DNA of 64,000 nucleotides, taken from NCBI RefSeq assembly GCF_009914755.1, contig NC_060934.1. The stretch is one strand, 5' to 3'. A program made the position numbers and the translations under genes. Below, piece by piece: positions 56,175 through 64,000 of the stretch. The stretch is from the human T2T-CHM13v2.0 reference genome, Homo sapiens. The notes beneath the pieces are model-generated. The model had not been told where the DNA came from and ran no database searches. It was given only the letters and a program-made list of their open reading frames with translations. The stretch's first letter is position 1. The number at the start of each line of letters is the position of its first letter.

Positions 56175-58424
56175 CGTTCACATTGCAAAAGGGCAAACTG
56201 AGACCCACACAGCCAAGTTTAAAAAGCAGATAGAGGGTTGGAATTGGCATCCTCATTACCAGTTTAGTTCTCTTTCCACTGTTATTTAGCAGTTAATCCA
56301 TGGCCTGCTATGTTGCATGGGTCCGTTGCATATTTTCAAATGGATTGTAAACCGTCACTAAGGACTGTATCTCATGCTTCCTATTGCTCATAGGTTCCTG
56401 CACACACATACACACACATACTGTACAAGCACATACATACACACACACAGTGCTAAGATCATGGTGGATGCTGGCCTGTAAACCAAGCTGACCATCTATT
56501 ACTCACTCTGGTTAACACAAAAAAACAATCCTGTTGTAGGCAAGCCCCTAACTCATGCATTCAAGTTTGCTCTCTTATATTCTCATTGTCTAGTCTCCTG
56601 CCTGAAATATCTGGTGGCGGCTCCTTTGGTTTGGAGATCTACAGGTTCCTGCTTTGTCCCCCTCGCTACTAGCTCCCATGGGCATACTTGGTGCTATTGG
56701 AGAGAAGCTACTCACAGTAACCCAGGCCCCCCAGTCTAGCCAAGAGTCATTCATTTTCGTGATTTGGTGTGGAAGGAGGGTAGAGGGAAGAGGGGAGGGG
56801 ATTTGGTCATTGACGGATCAATATTTGGGAACTGATCAGACACAGAAATGAAGCTAAGCTGGACAATGTCAAAGCCAATTGAGTAAAATGTCCAAGATAC
56901 TGTCACTGGGTAAATCTTGAAAGAATTCTGCCAGCTACAAAAATGAGAAAACATAGATTGCTTAAGAAAGCAAGAAAAAAAATGGAGGGTGAGATGGGAA
57001 TTGGGAGAAGTTGACTGACTCACAGAACCTCAATGTCTGCTGGACACGCTGTCAGCTGAGGACAGGAGAGGGGTCGAATAGGACTGAGAGATGACAGTCG
57101 AGACTCGCTCCCCCTGACTTAGACCTTCTCACGCTGACTTCATGCCTCACCTCTCCCCGCAACTGGGGAGCTAAGCTGAGTGAACTAAAAGGTCTCTCTA
57201 GCCCTCAGGGCCTCTTAACCCTCCTAAGAAAATAAAACCATGAATGCCACAGGCAACCATGAAAATGTACATTCCTAGAGAAAAGTTTTGCCCTGGTATG
57301 GAGGGCTTCACGCCCCATCAAGGATGAATTTCCAGAGAGCCAAAAGAGATTTATTTATGTAAAACTCAGGATGAAACTAGCTGCTAAGATACTTGGGATT
57401 TTGCCAGGGAAATAGTCTTGTATTAGCCACCAATCAGGCTTTTCTGAATTTGGGCTTTCTTACACAGGTGACTTCTGCCTAGGAAGGTCACCCAGGCTCC
57501 TAGAAGTTTTTAACAGAGTCTAAATGCTAGCTTTTACATGTCAGTTTTTGCACGCATATTCAGCATTTTGAAATGGCTCTAGTCCCTTAAAATGTCAGGC
57601 AAACAGAATCCAGGAATTCACGTCTGATCTCCACAGAGCCAAAAACTAAGGGCCCAACTTTGGCCTGTGCTCCAGCAGTAAAATTCAGCTTCAATATTGA
57701 CATTCTATATTGCTACTTCTACTGTTTTCTTAGCAATGAAATCCACAAACCTTCCATTTCTGAACCTTTGCCCAGTTTGGAGAGCTGAGCCATCAAACTG
57801 AATTTTATCTTGTGAGGGTTAACAAGTTTGAGTCCAAATATAGCAGTCCTATATACCTATGAAGATTTATTATCTATTTACGGCCACATTTGCACTGACG
57901 GAGTTGTAACAGCCTCTGTGTTACCAGAAACCACGCAGACCCAGATACTGTGGTTTTGACATTGTTGATACTGAAAAGAAATACCTTATTCCTTCAATGT
58001 TCCTCTGGAATGAAGTTACCACATATGAATCTGTTTCTTATAAGTTTAGAGCTTGCTAAGTGTGGTGAGGAGTCACATCCAGCCCGCTGGTTTACAAAGG
58101 AGGAAGCATGCTCAATGTCACATCTTGTTGGTGAACAAGGGCAACCAAAACCTTGGTCCAGAGCACCTCGCACCACACATATTGCTCACTCCACCTGTCA
58201 CGTGAAGTGCAGAGAAGGATGTGTCCCAGGGGTGTGCATTGCACAGCAGCTATACTCATAGTTCCATGCAGGCAGAGGAGGATCATGGAGATTGGCTTCC
58301 TGCCATGCCCACGAGCACCCAATAGCCTCATCAGGAATATTAGCAGTTCTATCCAGAAGTACCATTCAGCATCCTGTAGATTGCCTGTCCTAGGGGACAA
58401 CCCTAGATTGATGGATTAGTGCCC

Positions 58425-59036
58425 AATGTCCGTTGGTACCCAACAACAATTCTACCGTCTCTTGCATGCCTATGTGAGTTGCAGAGGCTAGAAAGCTAAA
58501 AACTACATTTCCCAGACTCCCCTGCATCTCAGTATGGCTGCGATTTCATCTCAGCCAATCAGATGCAAGCATGTGTGATGAGGAAAGTGGAAGTAAGGCT
58601 GAAGTAATGATTCTGTTGACTCTCCCTACTGATAAGAATTGGCTTGGAGCATTTAGCCTCTCGGCAGCAGGTGTTAGTGTCCGGCTTCGTGAGTGTCAGT
58701 GAGCAGGGGCACCCATTTTGCTGGTGTGGATCATAGCGGATGTGAGCTTGTTCTGGAGCTGGTGGAAGCAGCAGTGGCCTCCTGCCCAGGGTGCCTTCTG
58801 GACTTCAGGAGCCAGTGGTTTCCTTGTCGCAGAAGAGCCCGCATGTTCCCGGGTGGTCAGTTCTGCACTCTAGATTTGAGATTTCTTCTTGAATGGTCAG
58901 CCTGAGTCTCTTTCTTTAGCCTCAAAACAATTCTATAAGCCATTTGCCACTTTGGGGAAAAAAAATCAAAATAAAACCCTACTTGCTTAAACAATGTGCG
59001 TTGATTCTGTTCTCTGTAACTGAAACTTGAATGATA
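58425..59036 (+). mobile_element. LTR33-like ERVL LTR
   Basis: ctagaaagctaaaactacatttcccagactcc...ccaatcagatgc; 3' aataaaaccct.cttgcttaaa. Confidence 0.65.
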
Positions 59037-59269
59037 CATCTAGAGAAGGCCTGAACTAGATCCACCCCCATATATTGAGCACTCACCATGAGCCAGAACC
59101 ACAAATTGGCAATCTACATGACTCTCGTTTAATCCTCACAGATGGGGGAAAAAAGGAGAAAGTCAAATTGGTGAAAAACCTCCTGAAATCCCACAGCAGT
59201 CAGTAGCTAGTGCAGGAGAAAGTGAGGTGCATCTTGATTTCCAGCCTGGTTCTGGGAACATCATTAAAG

Positions 59270-59470
59270 GTTCTGAAGTGATGGAGTGCAGGGACCTGAG
59301 CCAGGACTCACAACCCCAACTCTGCTGCTTATTAGAAAATGGCTGAACTTCTTTGGACCTTGGTTTTCTTGCCTGTAAAGTAAGGCTGTAATAGTCCATA
59401 CCCTGTAGGACTGCTGTGAAGATTAAGTAAGTTCATATACATAAGACGCTGATCCATGGCAAATGTGAGA
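59270..59470 (+). mobile_element. MIR SINE
   Basis: ctctgctgcttattag...ttctttggaccttggttttcttgcctgtaaag...gctgtgaagattaag. Confidence 0.65.
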
Positions 59471-60097
59471 GAACCATTTGCTTTTGCTAAGAATTTCCCC
59501 CAGCAAAAGGAGGAAATAGGACTTGAAGAAGTGACAATAAGGTGGTCTACTGACCTTTTCTGATGTCTTTAGAATAAGATGCCAGACTTACCAATACCTT
59601 GCCAATATTAACAGATTCAGGTAGCAACTGCAGAGGCAGCTGCAGTGTGACAATAAGACCATATGGAGTCTCTGGACCTGGGTGTGACTCCCAGTTCTCT
59701 ATCTTTGTAGCATGCTGGCCTTGACCCTGTCCTTTAAAATATTTGATTCCTCATTTCTTTGTAAAGTTTCACACTGCTGTCCAGCTCCCAGGCTGTTAGA
59801 TGAAATGAGAAGGAAGGTTTAGCATAGCTCCAGGAAGAGTGCTCCAGTCACCAGGCTTCTTTTGGTTGAGGTGAGGAAGCTCCATTTAACGTAAATCAGG
59901 CCACAAGCGAAATGCACTGATTGGTGGACTTTGAAGAGTCATGCGTGGAGCACGGGAAGTGCAGAGATGAAGCTAGAATCTCTCTCCTGGTCTCCAGTCT
60001 CTACCAAGGTTTCTACATCAGCACATTTTCCCTCACTACAAACTAGCTCAGAGCTGCAATCACCAGAAATAAACTGGCTTTGATGTTCTCTCCAGCC

Positions 60098-60211
60098 AAG
60101 AGTAGCCAATGACCTCCCTTTGCTAGGGAGTGGTGAGTTTCCCAGGACATGAAATTTTTAGTGCTAAAATTGGGACAGTTGTGCGCAAATTGGGAGAAGT
60201 TGGTCATCCTT
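60098..60211. mobile_element. MER94/MER81-like hAT-Blackjack fossil
   Basis: tttcccaggacatgaaatttttagtgctaaaattgggacagt...gttggtcatcct. Confidence 0.6.
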
Positions 60212-61312
60212 CTGTGTTCTCACATTCAAAGGTAAGGACTGATTGGTCCAGCTTGGGTCAGAGGCCACCCAATACCAAGCTGACCAGCAGTGCAGGTTAC
60301 ATAAGAACACGTTAGCTCATGCAGTAGCTATGTCGATGTGGGATGGGAGGTGTCCCCAGGATAATGAGGGAGAGGGACATCAGGAAGAAAATCCCATCAA
60401 TGTCACCTTGGTCCCAGAGTAGAGACTCAATGAAGGGTCCTATATTCTTTCCTTTAACATACAACAGCCTCATTAGTGTACCTCTATAAGACAATGGGAA
60501 GGAACTCAATGGAATCTCTGTGACTCCAGGAAAATTGGAACGGATTTGCATATTATATTTGGGTTTCAAAGTCAGAGCATAAAATAAACATCATATTTAG
60601 TCCAAATACCTACCTACCTACCTCTAAGCCTTGTCATCTCACTCAGCACGGGATGCCCCATTAAGAGAGCTGAGCAGGGATGGCAGCCAGGTGGGGACGA
60701 ACAGGTTCTCACCTTCCATTGCAAAGTCACTTTGGGACATGGATCCATTGGACAAAAGGTGGTAGACATAGCCCTTTCTCCTTTGCCCAGAAGTTGCAGA
60801 TAATATGGTGTTTTCAGATGCTGGGAGGTTATGAAACATATTTAAAAGATTAAGGCTCTTTGACGTAAGAAGGACAAACAGAAGTGTTAAATAGCACTAA
60901 AACTTCAAAAGCAAAGATCATTTAGGTGGATGCCATGGAGCATTTATCCTCCACAAAACAAAGAGGTTTTTTTTATTGTTTGGTCTTTCATAAAGAATTT
61001 CCAATAGTGATTTTGTATCATCGGTCAGAACAAGTCATCACAGCCAATGACTCTATACAAACAGTTGTGACAATGAAAAGCCCATTTTGCCTGGCTGAAG
61101 GCAGTCCTGTCTAAACCTGCCTGTCCTCCAGGCAGCAGCACCCACTGCAGATATTCAGGGCAACAAAGAAGAAGTTTCAATAGCAGAAGGCAGAACTGAG
61201 CAGTAAAGCAACACCAAAGATTCTTTTCTGAACAGCAGCTGTAGAACCAGGCAACTCCCCCAGGCTCTAAAGTGTGGCTGACCTGACAATTTTAGAGAAG
61301 TTTTTGAAGGGA

Positions 61313-61597
61313 TTTTTTTTTTTTTTTTTTGATACAGAGTCTCACTCTTTTCACCCAGACTGGAATGAAGTGGTGTGATCTCAGCTCACTGCAACCTCTG
61401 CCTCCTGGGTTCAAGTGATTCTCCTGCCTCAGCCTCCCGAGAGCTGGGATTACAGGTGCCCACCACCACGCTCAGCTAATTTTTGTACTTTTAGTAGAGA
61501 TGGGGTTTCACCATGTTGGCCAGGCTGGTCTCGAACTCCTGACCTCAGGCGATCCACCCTGGCCTCCCAAAGTGCTAGGATTATATCGTGCCCAGCC
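61313..61597 (-). mobile_element. AluS
   Basis: Antisense Alu; TSD ttttgaaggga. Confidence 0.95.
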
Positions 61598-62002
61598 TTT
61601 TGAAGGGAATTTACACCTGGGATTGACTTTTGCTCTTCAACCCCAGTTTACCTGAACCAGTCAGGAGGAGGTGCCTGCAAGCTCCTACTTATCCCCAGCT
61701 TTGATCTGTTGGCCCTATCTGGAATCTGACTCCAGTGACACCTGTAACCTCATTATAGCTTCATGTCAAATGAAAACTGTGCCTTCTGCACCTTATGCAG
61801 CTTTTTTCAGGGACATCTTGACCCTCTCAAAATTTCCAGACCACCATCCCCCCCACTGTCGGGTAAATGGGTTTGTTCCACCCTTTACCCCACCTTTTTC
61901 TGTCCCAAGCTGCCCATGAGGTCATTCCACCTCTCCTCCTGTCTGCCCTCAGCCCCACTATGACCTTGTAAGCAGCTTTCTCTGCATGGGGACCAGCCTC
62001 CT

Positions 62003-62392
62003 TGTGTTAGTCTGTTTTGCGTTGCTGTAGAGGAATACCTGAGGCTGGGTAACTTACAAAGGAAAGATATTTATTGGGCTCACAATTCTGCAAATTGTAC
62101 AAGCATGGTACCAGCATCTGCTCAGCTTCTGATGAGGCCTCAGGAATTTTTTACTCATGGTAGAAGGGGAAGGGAGAGCAGGCACATCACATGGAGAGAG
62201 GAGCAAGAGAGCTGCCAGGCTCTTTTAAACAACCAGCTCTCATGTGAACTAATAAACTCACTCATTACCACAAGGATGGCACCAAGCCATTCATGAGGGA
62301 TCCACCCCCATGACCCAAGCACCTCCCACCAAGCCCCACCTCCAACATTGGGGATCACATGTCATGATGAGATTTGGAGGGGACAAACATCT
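62003..62392 (-). mobile_element. MST (A/B) MaLR solo LTR
   Basis: tgtgttagtctgttttgcgttgctgtagaggaatacctgaggctggg...gagatttggaggggacaaacatc. Confidence 0.9.
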
Positions 62393-62399
62393 ACTCCTA

Positions 62400-63668
<1,269 letters not shown>

Positions 63669-63699
63669 TAAATGGGAACTCTTGTTTCCCAAGCAGAAG

Positions 63700-63985
63700 A
63701 GAAAGAAGCCTGATACCTAAGACTACGTATTATATATGATACCATTTACATGGAATTTCTAGAAAGGGCAACATTATAGAAACAAAAAGCAGATCAGTGG
63801 TTGCCTGGGGCCATAGGAGAGTGGAATTGACAGAGAATGGGCCCAGGAAACTTTGAGGGTTATGGGAATGTTATAAACCTGGATTGTGCTAATGGCTGCA
63901 CAACTTATAAATTTATGAATACTCATCAAACTGTATATTTACAATGGGTGAATTATTTGATATGTAAACTATATCTTAGTAACAG
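63700..63985 (+). mobile_element. L1ME-like 3' end
   Basis: atgataccatttacatggaatttctagaaagg...agcagatcagtggttgcctgggg...actcatcaaactgta. Confidence 0.8.
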
Positions 63986-64000
63986 TGTGTGTGTGTATAA

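Overview
Primate (very probably human) euchromatic non-coding DNA, intronic or intergenic, roughly half interspersed repeats. I find no credible protein-coding exon. The listed ORFs are Alu, L1, LTR or microsatellite translations, or chance ORFs in unique DNA. Firmly recognisable items: about 19 Alus (J, S and Y types, many with target-site duplications, TSDs); a complete solo ERV9 LTR (LTR12C-type, 14096-15473); a 3'-truncated, tail-less 7SK RNA retropseudogene with TSD (43012-43248); a ~10 kb fossil L1M riddled with younger insertions (~26420-36660); L1PA fragments; MaLR/ERVL/ERV1 solo LTRs; hAT DNA-transposon fossils; and several microsatellites. I see no evidence for a new biological system. 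The most interesting observations are insertion and repair scars (templated ~90 bp duplications, a 272 bp insert between 17 bp direct repeats, a patchwork Alu, deep TE nesting) and a few speculative minus-strand splice signals, including a 9-nt microexon-like motif. Repeat subfamily names come from my recall of consensus sequences and need RepeatMasker/Dfam confirmation. Boundaries of old repeats are approximate.
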